Shown here: positions 31,942 through 43,244 of the stretch, in pieces
Position numbering within the stretch: position 1 is the first letter of the stretch
Layout: every line of letters begins with the position of its first letter
Source: an uncultured delta proteobacterium
Lineage (GTDB): Bacteria; Desulfobacterota; Binatia; DP-6
Reading direction: 5' to 3'
Assembly: GCA_963815115.1 (NCBI GenBank)
Contig: CAWFFN010000009.1
Location: forward strand, 1,440,001-1,504,000
DNA length: 64,000 nucleotides
The notes under the pieces: generated by a model
Told to the model about the DNA's origin: nothing
The model's database searches: none
The model's input: the letters and a program-made list of their open reading frames with translations, nothing else
Translations under genes and position numbers: made by a program

Positions 31942-32496
31942 ATGCCGCTCGCTTCGCCACCTCCGGGCCCGCGCCCGGCGTGGTACCGCCGCCTGCCGCC
32001 GTCGCTCCAGCGCGTCGCCGCGGCGAGCGATCGTGTCACTTCGTTGCCCCTGCACGCAGGACCGGGACTGCGCGATGCGGTCGCGGCGCTCTCGGGCGTC
32101 CTCCTGAGCGAGCAGGTCGGCGCGGTCGAGGCGGTGGCGCAGCAGATCGCGGACGACGTGTGCTCCGCCCTCGGTGTGGCCCGCCTCCGGGTGCGCGTCC
32201 AGGGCCAGCGGCCCCACGACGCGCGCGGGGAGCTGCACGGCCTCTACCTGCCGGCGAACGGCAGCGGGCGCGATCGGATCACGCTCTGGATGCGCACCGC
32301 GAAGCGGGGACAGGTCGTGGCCTATCGCACCTTCCTGCGCACGCTCCTGCACGAGCTCTGCCACCACCTCGACTACACCTATCTGCATCTCCGCGACTCG
32401 CTGCACACGCAGGGGTTCTATCAGCGAGAATCCAGCCTCTTCGCGGCGTTGGGCGCAGCGGGCAACGACCGCTCGCCGTCCCGCAGACGCGCCTGA
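31942..32496 (+). CDS. Small HExxH (zincin-like) hypothetical protein
   Basis: ELHGLY...ITLWMRTAK...RTLLHELCHHLD...SLHTQGFY. Confidence 0.65.
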   Translation: MPLASPPPGPRPAWYRRLPPSLQRVAAASDRVTSLPLHAGPGLRDAVAALSGVLLSEQVGAVEAVAQQIADDVCSALGVARLRVRVQGQRPHDARGELHGLYLPANGSGRDRITLWMRTAKRGQVVAYRTFLRTLLHELCHHLDYTYLHLRDSLHTQGFYQRESSLFAALGAAGNDRSPSRRRA

Positions 32497-32556
32497 CGCG
32501 GTGCCGCTGGGGCGTGCGTCCGGTCGTCGAACAGGATACAAGCGGGGCGCTCGGCA

Positions 32557-33537
32557 ATGTTCGGGACCCTCGTCACCGCGCGCTCCAACGTCAACGTTGC
32601 CCTCGTGAAATACTGGGGGAAGCGCGACGCCTCGCTCAACCTCCCGGCCACGGGCAGCATCTCGCTCACCCTCGACGGCCTGTCGGTCGAGGCCGAGGTC
32701 GGCTTCGGCGATGCGTCCACGGACGAGCTGACGATCGACGGCGAGCCCGCGCGAGGTACCGAGCGCGAGCGCCTGGTCGGCTTCCTGGATCTGCTGCGCC
32801 ACGAAGCCCGCCGCGTGGATCGCGCACGCGTCTCGACCCGCAGCCGCGTACCGCGCGGTGCCGGCCTGGCGTCGTCGGCGGCGGCGTTCGCGGCGCTGGC
32901 GCTCGCCGGCAGCCGGGCGGCGGGCCTGCGGCTCGAGCCGCCGGCGCTCTCCGCGCTCGCGCGGCGCGGCTCGGGCTCGGCTGCACGCTCGATCTTCGGC
33001 GGGTTCGTCGAGTGGCACCGCGGCGAGCGGTACGATGGCACCGACTCGATCGCCGAGCCGCTCCTCGCGCCGAGCGACTGGGACCTGCGCATCGTCGTCG
33101 CGCTCGCCAGCACGGAGGCGAAAGCCGTGTCGTCGCGCGACGGCATGGCGCGCGCCGCGGCGTCGCCGTTCTACCCCGCCTGGGTCGCGGGTGCCGAGCG
33201 CGATCTCGCCGAGGCTCGCGCCGCCGTGCGGACGCGCGATCTGGAAGCGCTCGGCCAGCTGGCGGAGCACAGCGCGCTCAAGATGCACGCGGTCGGCCTG
33301 GCGGCGCGGCCGCCGCTGCTCTACTGGCGCGGCGCCACCGTCGACTGCGTGCAGCGGGTGTGGGCACTGCGTGCCGAGGGCATCCCGGCGTTCGTCACCA
33401 TCGACGCCGGCCCGCAGGTGAAGGTTCTGTGCACGCCGGCCAACGCGGCGAAGGTCGCGCAGGCACTCGGGGACGTCCCGGGCGTGGCGCGCGTGATCAC
33501 CTGTGCGCCGGGCAGCGGCGCCGAGGTGCTCGCGTGA
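32557..33537 (+). CDS. mvaD: Diphosphomevalonate decarboxylase
   Basis: NVALVKYWGKRD, GLASSAAAFAAL, ARRGSGSAARS, SSRDGM, TIDAGPQVK. Confidence 0.95.
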   Translation: MFGTLVTARSNVNVALVKYWGKRDASLNLPATGSISLTLDGLSVEAEVGFGDASTDELTIDGEPARGTERERLVGFLDLLRHEARRVDRARVSTRSRVPRGAGLASSAAAFAALALAGSRAAGLRLEPPALSALARRGSGSAARSIFGGFVEWHRGERYDGTDSIAEPLLAPSDWDLRIVVALASTEAKAVSSRDGMARAAASPFYPAWVAGAERDLAEARAAVRTRDLEALGQLAEHSALKMHAVGLAARPPLLYWRGATVDCVQRVWALRAEGIPAFVTIDAGPQVKVLCTPANAAKVAQALGDVPGVARVITCAPGSGAEVLA

Positions 33538-34493
33538 GCGTGACGGCACGCGCGCCCGGCAAGCTCTTCATCACCGGCGAGTGGGCCGTGCTGCGCGGCG
33601 CGCCGGCGCTGGTCGCCGCCGTGGACCGTCATGCGTCGGTCACGGTCGAGCCTGGCGGCGACGGGATCGTCGTCGAGTCGGTCGCGGAAGGTCGCAGCGA
33701 TCATCTGGATGGCGCAGGGGACGGCCCGCTGCCCGGTGGTGATGCGGGCGCGGTGCTGGCCGCGCTGCGCCAGCGCCGCGAGCCGCCACGCGCGCTCCGC
33801 ATCGCGGTCGACTCGTGCGCGTTCCTCGTCGGAGAGCGCAAGCTCGGGCTCGGTCGCAGTGCGGCGACGCTGGTGGCTGCGAGCGCGGCGCTGGCGGCGG
33901 GGGAGACCCCCGCGCAGCTCCTCGGTCGCGCACTCGAGGCGAACGCGCTCTTCCAGGCAGGGCAGGGCAGCGGGGCCGACGTGGCCGCGGCGGTGCACGG
34001 TGGCGTCGTGGAGGTCCGGCGCAGCGCGGACGGGCTCGCCGTCGCCTCGCGAACGCTCCCGGCGGGCCTCCATCTCGTCGCCGGCTGGACGGGGACGCCC
34101 GCGCCGACGACGCCGCTGCTGGTGCGCTTCGCCACCTCGCCGACGCCGGCCGCCCTGGCCGACCTCTCGGCGGCCGCCGTCGCGGCAGCCGACGCCGTGA
34201 CACGGGGCGACGCGGCGACGCTGCTCGACGCGGTGGAGCGCTCCGCGGCGCTCCTGGTCCGGCTCGGCGCCGAGCTGGATCTGCCGCTGGTGACGCCGGC
34301 GCTCGCCACGCTGGTGCGTGTCGCGAACCGCGTCGGCGCCGCGGCGAAGCCGTCGGGCGCCGGAGCGGGCGATTGCGGCATCGCCCTGGCCACCTCGCTG
34401 GCGCAGGCGGCGGCGGTGCGGGCCGCGTGGCAGGACGCCGGCATCCTGCCATTGCCGGTACGGGTGGCGGAGCGCGGGGTGAGCGTTGGCTGA
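33534..34493 (+). CDS. Phosphomevalonate kinase (GHMP family)
   Basis: APGKLFITGEWAVL, KLGLGRSAA, GSGADVAA, KPSGAGAGDCG; GTG overlaps the mvaD stop. Confidence 0.88.
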   Translation: MSVTARAPGKLFITGEWAVLRGAPALVAAVDRHASVTVEPGGDGIVVESVAEGRSDHLDGAGDGPLPGGDAGAVLAALRQRREPPRALRIAVDSCAFLVGERKLGLGRSAATLVAASAALAAGETPAQLLGRALEANALFQAGQGSGADVAAAVHGGVVEVRRSADGLAVASRTLPAGLHLVAGWTGTPAPTTPLLVRFATSPTPAALADLSAAAVAAADAVTRGDAATLLDAVERSAALLVRLGAELDLPLVTPALATLVRVANRVGAAAKPSGAGAGDCGIALATSLAQAAAVRAAWQDAGILPLPVRVAERGVSVG

Positions 34494-35548
34494 GCCGATC
34501 GCCGAGCGCAAGCGCGCGCACCTCGATCTGTGCGAGCAGGCCGAGGTGGAGTACGCGCGCAAGACGACGCTCTTGGAGGAGGTCGAGCTGGTGCACGACG
34601 CGCTCCCCGAGCTGGCCCTCGCCGAGGTCGACGTCTCGACCGGACTGCTCGGCAAGCGACTGCGTGCGCCCCTGCTCATCACGGGCATGACGGGGGGGAC
34701 GAGCGAGGCGGCCGACATCAACCAGGCGCTGGCGCAGGTCGCCGAGGAGCACGGCATCGCCTTCGGCCTCGGCTCGCAGCGCGCCATGCAGCGGGCGCCG
34801 GAGCTCGAGTACACCTTCGCGGTGCGCACCCACGCGCCGACGGCGCTGGTCCTCGCCAACCTCGGCATGGTGCAGGCGGGCGCGCTACGGTCGTCGGAGG
34901 TCGAGCGCCTGGTGCAGCGGGTCGGCGCCGATGCCGTCTGCATCCATCTCAACCCGGCGCAGGAGCTCATCCAGCCCGGCGGCGACCGCGACTTCCGCGG
35001 CGGTCTCGCCACCTTCGCTCGCCTGGTCCGCGACCTGCCGGTGTCCGTGGTGGCGAAGGAGACCGGCTGCGGCATCTCGCGCGACGTCGCGGCGCGCCTG
35101 CGCGACGTCGGGGTGCGGACCATCGACGTCTCCGGCGCCGGCGGCACGTCATGGGTCAAGGTCGAGACGCTGCGTGCGGACGCCGCGGGGCGCGACCTGG
35201 GCGAGGAGTTTGCCGACTGGGGCATTCCCACGGGCGCGGCGGTGGCCGGGTTGCGTGGCGTCGGCGTGGAGGTCATCGCCAGCGGCGGCATCCGCAGCGG
35301 GCTCGACGTGGCCAAGGCGGTGGCGCTGGGTGCCCGCGGGGCGGGCGTTGCGCTGCCCGTGTTCCGGGCCTATCGCGAGGGTGGCGTGGTCGCGGCGGGG
35401 CGCTTCGTCGAGCGGCTGGTGGACGGACTGCGGACCGCGATGGTGCTCACCGGCTCGCGCGACCTCGAGGCCCTGGGGCGAACGCCGCTTGTGATAGGGC
35501 GTCGCTTGCGAGATTGGCTCACCCGTTGGCCGACCCCGGAGGAGGTGC

Positions 35549-35556
<8 letters not shown>
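34486..35556 (+). CDS. fni: Type 2 isopentenyl-diphosphate isomerase
   Basis: RKRAHL, HDALPE, GMTGG, GSQR, HLNPAQE, KETGCG, GAGGTSW, SGGIR. Confidence 0.95.
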
Positions 35557-36832
<1,276 letters not shown>

Positions 36833-36861
36833 CCCGCGCGGCCCCGGCGGGCCAGGGAGCG

Positions 36862-37767
36862 ATGCACGCCAGCGGGCGCGCGGGAGGCAAGGTGATCCTC
36901 CTGGGCGAGCACGTCGTGGTCTACGGCCGGCCGGCGGTGGCGGCGGGGCTGCCGATCGGGCTCGAGGTCGAGGTGACCGAGGGGCAGGGCCCGGTCATCA
37001 CGAGCGACGATCCCGCGCTGGCGGCCGACCCGCGGCCCCGCGAGCTGATCGTCCAGGCGGCGGCGCTGACCGGCCTCGATCCCACGCGCCTCGTGGTGCG
37101 GGTGCGCTCCGAGCTGCCGCCGGGACGCGGGCTCGGCAGCTCGGCCGCGCTGGCGGTGGCGGTGCTGCGCGCCCTCGCGACGCTCGCCGGCAGACGACTC
37201 GACCGGGCCGCGGAGCTCGACGGTGGCCGCCGGCTGGAAACCGTCTTCCACGGCACGCCGTCGGGCATCGACCCTGCGGCCGCCGCGCTCGGCACCTGCT
37301 TCCGGTTCGTGCGCGGCGAGCCGCCGGTGGTGACGCCGCTGCGGCCGGCAATGCCCCTGCCCATCGTCGTCGCGTTCGGCGATCGACCGCGCAGCACCGG
37401 CGCCGCGGTCGGTGGCCTGCGTGCGCGCTGGGAGGCGGACCAGGCGCGCTACGAGGCGCTCTTCGACGCCGTCGGCGAGGTGGTCGAGCGCGGCGCCGCG
37501 GCGGTGGAGGCCGGCGATCTCGTCACCCTCGGGCGGGCCTTCGACGACAATCAGGCGCTGCTGGAGACGCTCGGCGTCTCCTCGGACGAGATCGCCCGGC
37601 TGGTCGCTGCGGCTCGGCGCGCGGGTGCGCTGGGGGCGAAGCTCACCGGCGGCGGCGCGGGCGGCGCGGTGATCGCGCTCGCGCCCGACCCGGAAGCGGT
37701 GGCGGGACGGCTCGAGCACGAGGGATGGACGGCGCTGGTGACTCGCGTCGGCGAGCAGACGCCCTAG
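36862..37767 (+). CDS. mvk: Mevalonate kinase
   Basis: GKVILLGEHVVVYG, PPGRGLGSSAA, HGTPSGID, GAKLTGGGAGG. Confidence 0.93.
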   Translation: MHASGRAGGKVILLGEHVVVYGRPAVAAGLPIGLEVEVTEGQGPVITSDDPALAADPRPRELIVQAAALTGLDPTRLVVRVRSELPPGRGLGSSAALAVAVLRALATLAGRRLDRAAELDGGRRLETVFHGTPSGIDPAAAALGTCFRFVRGEPPVVTPLRPAMPLPIVVAFGDRPRSTGAAVGGLRARWEADQARYEALFDAVGEVVERGAAAVEAGDLVTLGRAFDDNQALLETLGVSSDEIARLVAAARRAGALGAKLTGGGAGGAVIALAPDPEAVAGRLEHEGWTALVTRVGEQTP

Positions 37768-38969
37768 CTGCCCGCGCGCCTCCGCAGCGCCGTCGACAGC
37801 TCCCCGGCACATTCCCGGCCGAGCCGGTGCCGCGCCGCCGGCTGCCTGGCGAGACGCGCGGCCTGACGCCACGCACGAGCCACCTTCTTGTCGTTGACGC
37901 TCGCGCTCGCGAGCAGCCGGCAGCACCGCCCGACCGCCGCCGTGAGCGCTCGCGGCGCCGGCTCGCCGGTTGGGCACGACGACGTCGCGCGCCGCGGCCA
38001 GCTGCAGCTCGCCCCGACGGTGGCCGATTCGATCGCCGGGGCGGACGTCGTTCGGCCGGCTCCCCAGCGCTCGACGAAGGCGGCGGCGACCGCGGCCGCG
38101 TTGTCTGCCGCGAGCCGGTAGTAGTCGAAGAAGACCCTGAAATCCTCGTTGTCGGAGACCGCGCGGAAGGCGATGAACGGCACGCCGCGCGCACCCGCCT
38201 CGCGGGCCACCGCGGCGGTCTCCATGTCGTTGGCGACGATCGTCTCGCCGGCCTGCGCGGCCGCTGGGGGGGCACCGGCCGCCGCGGTCACGCCCGTCGC
38301 GACGTCGCAGCCGAACACCGGATCACGACCGGGAGTGCACGGGTCGGGCCGGCCGCCGAAGGGATCGTCGCTCTCGCCCGTGCCGCCGACGATCACCGTG
38401 GGCAGGTCGGGCAGGCAGACGATCGGACCCGGCGGATCCGGCGGCACCGCCCCGCAGCGCTCCAGGATGACGTTCGGCGCGATCGCGCTCGCGACCTCCA
38501 GGAGCGAGGGATCGGCCGCGTGCGCCGTGCCGTCGTTCTCGAGCCACGTCGCCGGCACCGTGACGTCACCGATACCGTGGGACGCGGAGCCGGCAACGCC
38601 GGAGACCACGACGGCGGCGACGTCGAAGCGATCGAGCACGAGACGGGTGGTGGCGCCCGCGTTGCCGAGGCCGATGCCGAGGAGCCCGAGCACGACGGGG
38701 ACGCCGCCCAGCGTGCCGACGCGCAGCACGCGATCCCCGACCACGAGCGTCTCGTGGACGGTCGCGTGGGTGAGGACCGATTCCAGCTCCGCCGGGAAGG
38801 CGGAGAAGACGGCGAGCATCGGCGGCGAGCCGCAGGCGCTCTCCTCGATCGCGCACAGGCCGTCGCCGAAGTCGGCAGGCGGTGCCGGGGCGGCGCCCGC
38901 GACCGCGGGGACGAGCGCGACGGCGAGCGTTGCGGCCAGCGCGGCGATGCGCCGGGTCACGGGCTCCAT
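37764..38969 (-). CDS. Secreted MTA/SAH-nucleosidase (PNP/UDP-family) protein with Cys-rich tail
   Basis: Signal peptide; SAFPAE, GIGLGNA, SGVAG...IGDV, DMETAAVA, FRAVSD. Confidence 0.75.
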   Translation of the reverse strand: MEPVTRRIAALAATLAVALVPAVAGAAPAPPADFGDGLCAIEESACGSPPMLAVFSAFPAELESVLTHATVHETLVVGDRVLRVGTLGGVPVVLGLLGIGLGNAGATTRLVLDRFDVAAVVVSGVAGSASHGIGDVTVPATWLENDGTAHAADPSLLEVASAIAPNVILERCGAVPPDPPGPIVCLPDLPTVIVGGTGESDDPFGGRPDPCTPGRDPVFGCDVATGVTAAAGAPPAAAQAGETIVANDMETAAVAREAGARGVPFIAFRAVSDNEDFRVFFDYYRLAADNAAAVAAAFVERWGAGRTTSAPAIESATVGASCSWPRRATSSCPTGEPAPRALTAAVGRCCRLLASASVNDKKVARAWRQAARLARQPAARHRLGRECAGELSTALRRRAGS

Positions 38970-39157
38970 ATGGGGTGACCATACCGTAGACCGGCGCGGC
39001 CGTCGCGGGAAATTCACGGCGCGAGTCGTCGCACCGCATGCGCCATGGCGAGCCCGAGGACGCCTCGCGTCACCGGCCGGGCCCGCGGCGGTGGTGGAGG
39101 GTCGCAGGACCGTGATATCGAGGGATGCCTGTGTCGGGGATGCCGGTGGAGGGTCGC

Positions 39158-41086
39158 ATGGGCGCCAGCGAAGTCGTCGAGCAGCAGGGGCTCGCAGCGC
39201 GTGTCGACGAGAGCATCGCGCGCGCGTCGCGAGCGCTCCTCTCCGTCCAGTGCCCGGCGGGCTACTGGCAGGGTGTCGTCGAGGGGGCGGCCCACCTCGA
39301 GGCCGAGTACGTGTTCGCGAACCGCCTGCTCGGACGCCAGCGTTCCGAGCAGGACCGTCTCATGGCAGAGCGCTTGCTCGCGCTGCAGCAGGACGATGGC
39401 GGATGGGCGCTGGCGCCGGGCCAGCCGGGTCATCTGTCGACGAGCGTCCAGGCCTACCTGGCGCTGAAGCTGGCGGGGCTCGGAACCGGCGAGCCGGCCC
39501 TCGCTCGCGCCCGCGACCTGATCCTCTCGCGCGGCGGCCTGGCCGCGTCGGGCATGTTCACGCGTTTCTGGCTCGCCTGCTTCGGGCAGTTCCCCTGGTC
39601 GGGCGTGCCGCGCGTGCCGGTCGAGATGATGCTCCTGCCCAGCTGGGCGCCGCTGAACATCTACCATCTCGCCAGCTGGACGCGGGCCACGCTGGTGCCG
39701 TTCGCGCTGCTGATGGTCCACCGGCCCGAGGCACGCGTGCCGGCGGAAGCCGACCTCCGCGAGCTGTGGCTGCGCGAGCCCACTCCCGCCGACCTGTCGT
39801 TCGCGCGCTCGCCGTCGCTGATCTCGTGGCGCAACGTGTTCCTGGCGCTCGACCGCGCGATCGCGCTCCTCGGCCGCGTGCCCTGGAAGCCGTTGCGCCG
39901 CCGGGCCGTGGCCCGCGCGATCGAGTGGCTGCTGCGCCACGAGGACGCGGCCGGCCAGTGGGCGGGAGCCCAGCCCGCCACCGTGCGATCCGTGCTCGCG
40001 CTGCATGCCATCGGCTTCGCGGCCGATCATCCGACCATCGTGCGCGGCCTGCAGGGCCTCGACGATCTCCTGGTGCAGCGCGGCGACCAGCTCGCCTACC
40101 AGCCGTGCATGGCTCCGACCTGGGACACCGTGAACGCGATGCGGGCCCTGCTCGACGCCGGTCTCGAGCCGCAGCATCCGGCACTGGCCCGCGCGGGCGA
40201 ATGGCTCGTCGGACGGCAGGCGGTACGGCCGGGGGACTGGGCGGTGCACAATCCGGAGCTCGATCCGGGCGGCTGGGCGGCCGAGCCCGCGAACGACTGG
40301 TATCCCAGCGTCGACGTCTCGGCCCTCGCGGTCTCCGTGCTGCAGCAGCTGCCCATCCGAGCGACGCACGCCGGCAGGCGTGCGCTGGCTCACGGCCTCG
40401 ACTGGACGCTCGGCATGCAGGGACGCGACGGCGGCTGGGCGGCGTTCGACACCGACAACGAGTCGCGGTTCCTGGACGCGGTCCCGTTCCCGGACCTCGA
40501 GGGCGTCACCGACCCGCCCAGCGCCGACACCACCGGGCGCGTGCTGGCAGTCGCCGCCGAGCACGGCTTCGGGCTCGGCCTGGGCCGCATCCGGCGGGGC
40601 GCCGAGTTCCTTCGCCGCACCCAGCACGCGGATGGCAGCTGGTCGGGGCGCTGGGGCGTCAACGCCCTCCACGGCACGTGGCTCGCGCTCGCCGGACTCG
40701 CCGCCGCGGGCGAGGACCCGCGCGCGCCGTACGTGCAGCGCGCGGTCGCGTGGCTCGCCGCACGACAGAACGGCGATGGCGGCTGGGGCGAGAGCGTGGC
40801 CTCCTACGAGGACGACGCGCGGCGAGGGTGCGGCGACAGTACCCCGTCGCAGACGGCATGGGCGCTGATGGGTCTCCTCGCTGCCGCCGGAGCCGACCAT
40901 CCGGCCGTGTCGCGCGGAGTCGAGCACCTGGTACGCAGCCAGGACGCCGACGGCCGCTGGGAAGAGGTCGCGTTCACGGCCACGGCCGTTCCGCGGCGCG
41001 CCTACCTGCGCTACGAGCTGTTCTCGCTGCACTACCCGCTCCGCGCCCTCGGCCAGTACCGGGCTCGCGTCGCCTCCACGGCATGA
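39158..41086 (+). CDS. shc: Squalene-hopene cyclase homolog with non-canonical active site
   Basis: QW repeats (QQDDGGW, QGRDGGW, QHADGSW, QNGDGGWGES, QDADGRW), SWTRAT, DPPSAD, GRWGVN, STPSQTAWA; DXDD is replaced by SVDV. Confidence 0.88.
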   Translation: MGASEVVEQQGLAARVDESIARASRALLSVQCPAGYWQGVVEGAAHLEAEYVFANRLLGRQRSEQDRLMAERLLALQQDDGGWALAPGQPGHLSTSVQAYLALKLAGLGTGEPALARARDLILSRGGLAASGMFTRFWLACFGQFPWSGVPRVPVEMMLLPSWAPLNIYHLASWTRATLVPFALLMVHRPEARVPAEADLRELWLREPTPADLSFARSPSLISWRNVFLALDRAIALLGRVPWKPLRRRAVARAIEWLLRHEDAAGQWAGAQPATVRSVLALHAIGFAADHPTIVRGLQGLDDLLVQRGDQLAYQPCMAPTWDTVNAMRALLDAGLEPQHPALARAGEWLVGRQAVRPGDWAVHNPELDPGGWAAEPANDWYPSVDVSALAVSVLQQLPIRATHAGRRALAHGLDWTLGMQGRDGGWAAFDTDNESRFLDAVPFPDLEGVTDPPSADTTGRVLAVAAEHGFGLGLGRIRRGAEFLRRTQHADGSWSGRWGVNALHGTWLALAGLAAAGEDPRAPYVQRAVAWLAARQNGDGGWGESVASYEDDARRGCGDSTPSQTAWALMGLLAAAGADHPAVSRGVEHLVRSQDADGRWEEVAFTATAVPRRAYLRYELFSLHYPLRALGQYRARVASTA

Positions 41087-41946
41087 CGGCCGCCGTCGCG
41101 CAGGTCGAGCGGGCGTACGCCGAGTGCGTCCGCATCGCCCGCCACTACGAGAACTTCCCGATCGGCTCCTTCCTCCTGCCACGCAGGCTGCGGCGCGATC
41201 TCGCGGCGGTGTACGCCTTCGCGCGCGGCGGCGACGACCTGGCGGACGAGGGCGACCCCGCCGGCCGGCTCGCGGCGCTGGCCGCGTACGAGGAACGGCT
41301 GGTCGCCTGCGTGGCCGATCCGCCGGCCGTGGACGACCCGGTCTTCCTGGCCCTCGGCCACACCATCGCGAAGCACGATCTCGGCATCGAGCCGTTCCGC
41401 AACCTGCTCACGGCGTTCCGGCGCGACGCGGCCGGCGAGACCCGGACCATGGCGACCTTCGCGGATCTGGTCGAGTACTGCAGCTGCTCGGCCAATCCGG
41501 TCGGCCGCATCGTGCTCGGGCTGTTCGGATATCGCGACCCCGAGCGGCAGGCGCGCTCCGACGAGATCTGCACGGCCCTGCAGTTCACCAACTGCTGGCA
41601 GGACGTGGCCGGGGACCTCGAGCGGGGCCGCGTCTACCTGCCCCAGGAAGACCTCGATCGCTACGCGGGGAGCCGGGATGCCCTCTCCAGCGGCCGCCTG
41701 ACGCCCGGCTTCGCCGCTCTCATGGCGTTCGAGGTGGAGCGCGCGCGGAGCTGGTTCGCACGCGGGCTCGGTCTGGCGACCCTGGTGCACGGCCGGCTGC
41801 GACGCGAGGTCCGGTTGTTCGCTCACGGCGGGCTGGCGGTGCTCGCCCGCATCGAGGCGTCGGGCTACGACGTCTTCACCCGTCGGCCCACCCTCCGCCG
41901 CGCCGACCTGCTGCGGCTCGTGCTGCGCGAGGTGTGGGCCGCCTGA
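41083..41946 (+). CDS. hpnC: HpnC-type squalene/hydroxysqualene synthase
   Basis: HYENFPIGS, VYAFAR..DDLADEG, YC..SANPVGR, ALQFTNCWQDV..D..RGRVYLP; ATGA overlap with the cyclase. Confidence 0.9.
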   Translation: MTAAVAQVERAYAECVRIARHYENFPIGSFLLPRRLRRDLAAVYAFARGGDDLADEGDPAGRLAALAAYEERLVACVADPPAVDDPVFLALGHTIAKHDLGIEPFRNLLTAFRRDAAGETRTMATFADLVEYCSCSANPVGRIVLGLFGYRDPERQARSDEICTALQFTNCWQDVAGDLERGRVYLPQEDLDRYAGSRDALSSGRLTPGFAALMAFEVERARSWFARGLGLATLVHGRLRREVRLFAHGGLAVLARIEASGYDVFTRRPTLRRADLLRLVLREVWAA

Positions 41947-41972
41947 TCCGATCGTGGCAAGGAGAGTCCCAG

Positions 41973-43226
41973 GTGACACCGATTCCGTCCACTGACCTTC
42001 GCATCGACGACATCCAGCTCGGCTCGGCCGAGCTGTGGGCCCGCCCGGACCGCGACGGCATCTTCGCGAAGCTGCGCGCGGAGCGGCCGGTCTCGTTCCA
42101 CGAGGAGCCGGAGTTCATCGGCTTTCCCAAGGGGCCGGGCTTCTGGTCCGTCGTGCGCCACGACGACGTGCTGCGGGTCTCGCGCGACTCGGAGACCTTC
42201 GTCTCGGGCCGGGGCTCCAACATCGGCGACCTGCCCGTCGAGCTGCTCGAGTTCTTCGGCTCGATGATCAACATGGACGCGCCGCGCCACACCAAGCTGC
42301 GCAAGCTCGTCAGCCGTGGCTTCACGCCCCGCATGGTGGCCGGGCTCGAGACGGCGGTGCGCCAGCAAGCGCGCCACATCGTGCAGACCGTCGCGCCAAA
42401 GGGTCGCTGCGACTTCGTCGAGGAGATCGCCGCCGCGCTCCCGCTGAAGATCATCTGCGACATGATGGGGATCCCCGAGGCCGACACGCGGCGCATGTTC
42501 GAGCTGTCGAACATCATCCTCGGCGTCGGCGACCCGGAGTACGGCACGACCATGGAGACGCTGATGGCCGCCGCGGTCGAGCTGTCGCAGTACGCGCAGG
42601 CGCTGGGCGAGGAGCGCGCCCAGACGCCGCGCGGCGACATCACCAGCGTGCTCATGCAGGCCGACGTCGACGGCGATCGGCTGACGACGGCCGAGTTCGC
42701 GTCGTTCTTCATCCTGCTCGTGGTGGCGGGCAACGAGACCACGCGCAATGCCATCAGCCATGGCATGAAGGCGCTCACCGACTTCCCCGAGCAGCGCCGC
42801 GCCTGGATGAGCGACTTCGAGGGCGTGGCCCCGGCGGCGGTGGAGGAGATCGTGCGCTGGGCGACGCCGGTGATCCACTTCCGGCGAACGGCGACGCGCG
42901 ACGTCGAGATCGCGGGCCAGAGCATCCCTGCCGGCGACAAGATCGTCATGTGGTACAGCTCGGCGAACCGGGACGAGCGCGCCTTCGACGATCCCTACCG
43001 CTTCGACGTGCGCCGGGAGCCGAACGAGCACGTCGGCTTCGGCGGGGGCGGCGCGCATTTCTGTCTGGGCGCCAACCTGGCCCGGCGCGAGATCAAGGTG
43101 ATGTTCGAGGAGCTTTTCCGCACGCTGCCCGACATCCACGTCGTGGGCGAGCCCGACCGCCTCTTCTCGGCGTTCATCCACGGCATCAAGCGCATGCGCG
43201 TGGAGTGGACGCCGCCCCGCGGCTGA
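41973..43226 (+). CDS. Cytochrome P450 (CYP124/CYP125-like)
   Basis: MDAPRH, LVVAGNETT, EEIVR, SANRDE, FGGGGAHFCLG; GTG after an AGGAG RBS. Confidence 0.92.
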   Translation: MTPIPSTDLRIDDIQLGSAELWARPDRDGIFAKLRAERPVSFHEEPEFIGFPKGPGFWSVVRHDDVLRVSRDSETFVSGRGSNIGDLPVELLEFFGSMINMDAPRHTKLRKLVSRGFTPRMVAGLETAVRQQARHIVQTVAPKGRCDFVEEIAAALPLKIICDMMGIPEADTRRMFELSNIILGVGDPEYGTTMETLMAAAVELSQYAQALGEERAQTPRGDITSVLMQADVDGDRLTTAEFASFFILLVVAGNETTRNAISHGMKALTDFPEQRRAWMSDFEGVAPAAVEEIVRWATPVIHFRRTATRDVEIAGQSIPAGDKIVMWYSSANRDERAFDDPYRFDVRREPNEHVGFGGGGAHFCLGANLARREIKVMFEELFRTLPDIHVVGEPDRLFSAFIHGIKRMRVEWTPPRG

Positions 43227-43244
43227 CGGCAAGGAGGACGCGGC

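Noticed and set aside
31902-33533. 863-aa ORF as an extended kinase
   Set aside because: Shadow frame over mvaD; the real PMK starts at GTG 33534.
38149-41082. 1265-aa ORF 38149..41946 as one giant protein
   Set aside because: Only the last 287 aa (HpnC, ATG 41083) look coding; the rest is a GC-rich open shadow frame over the nucleosidase and cyclase.
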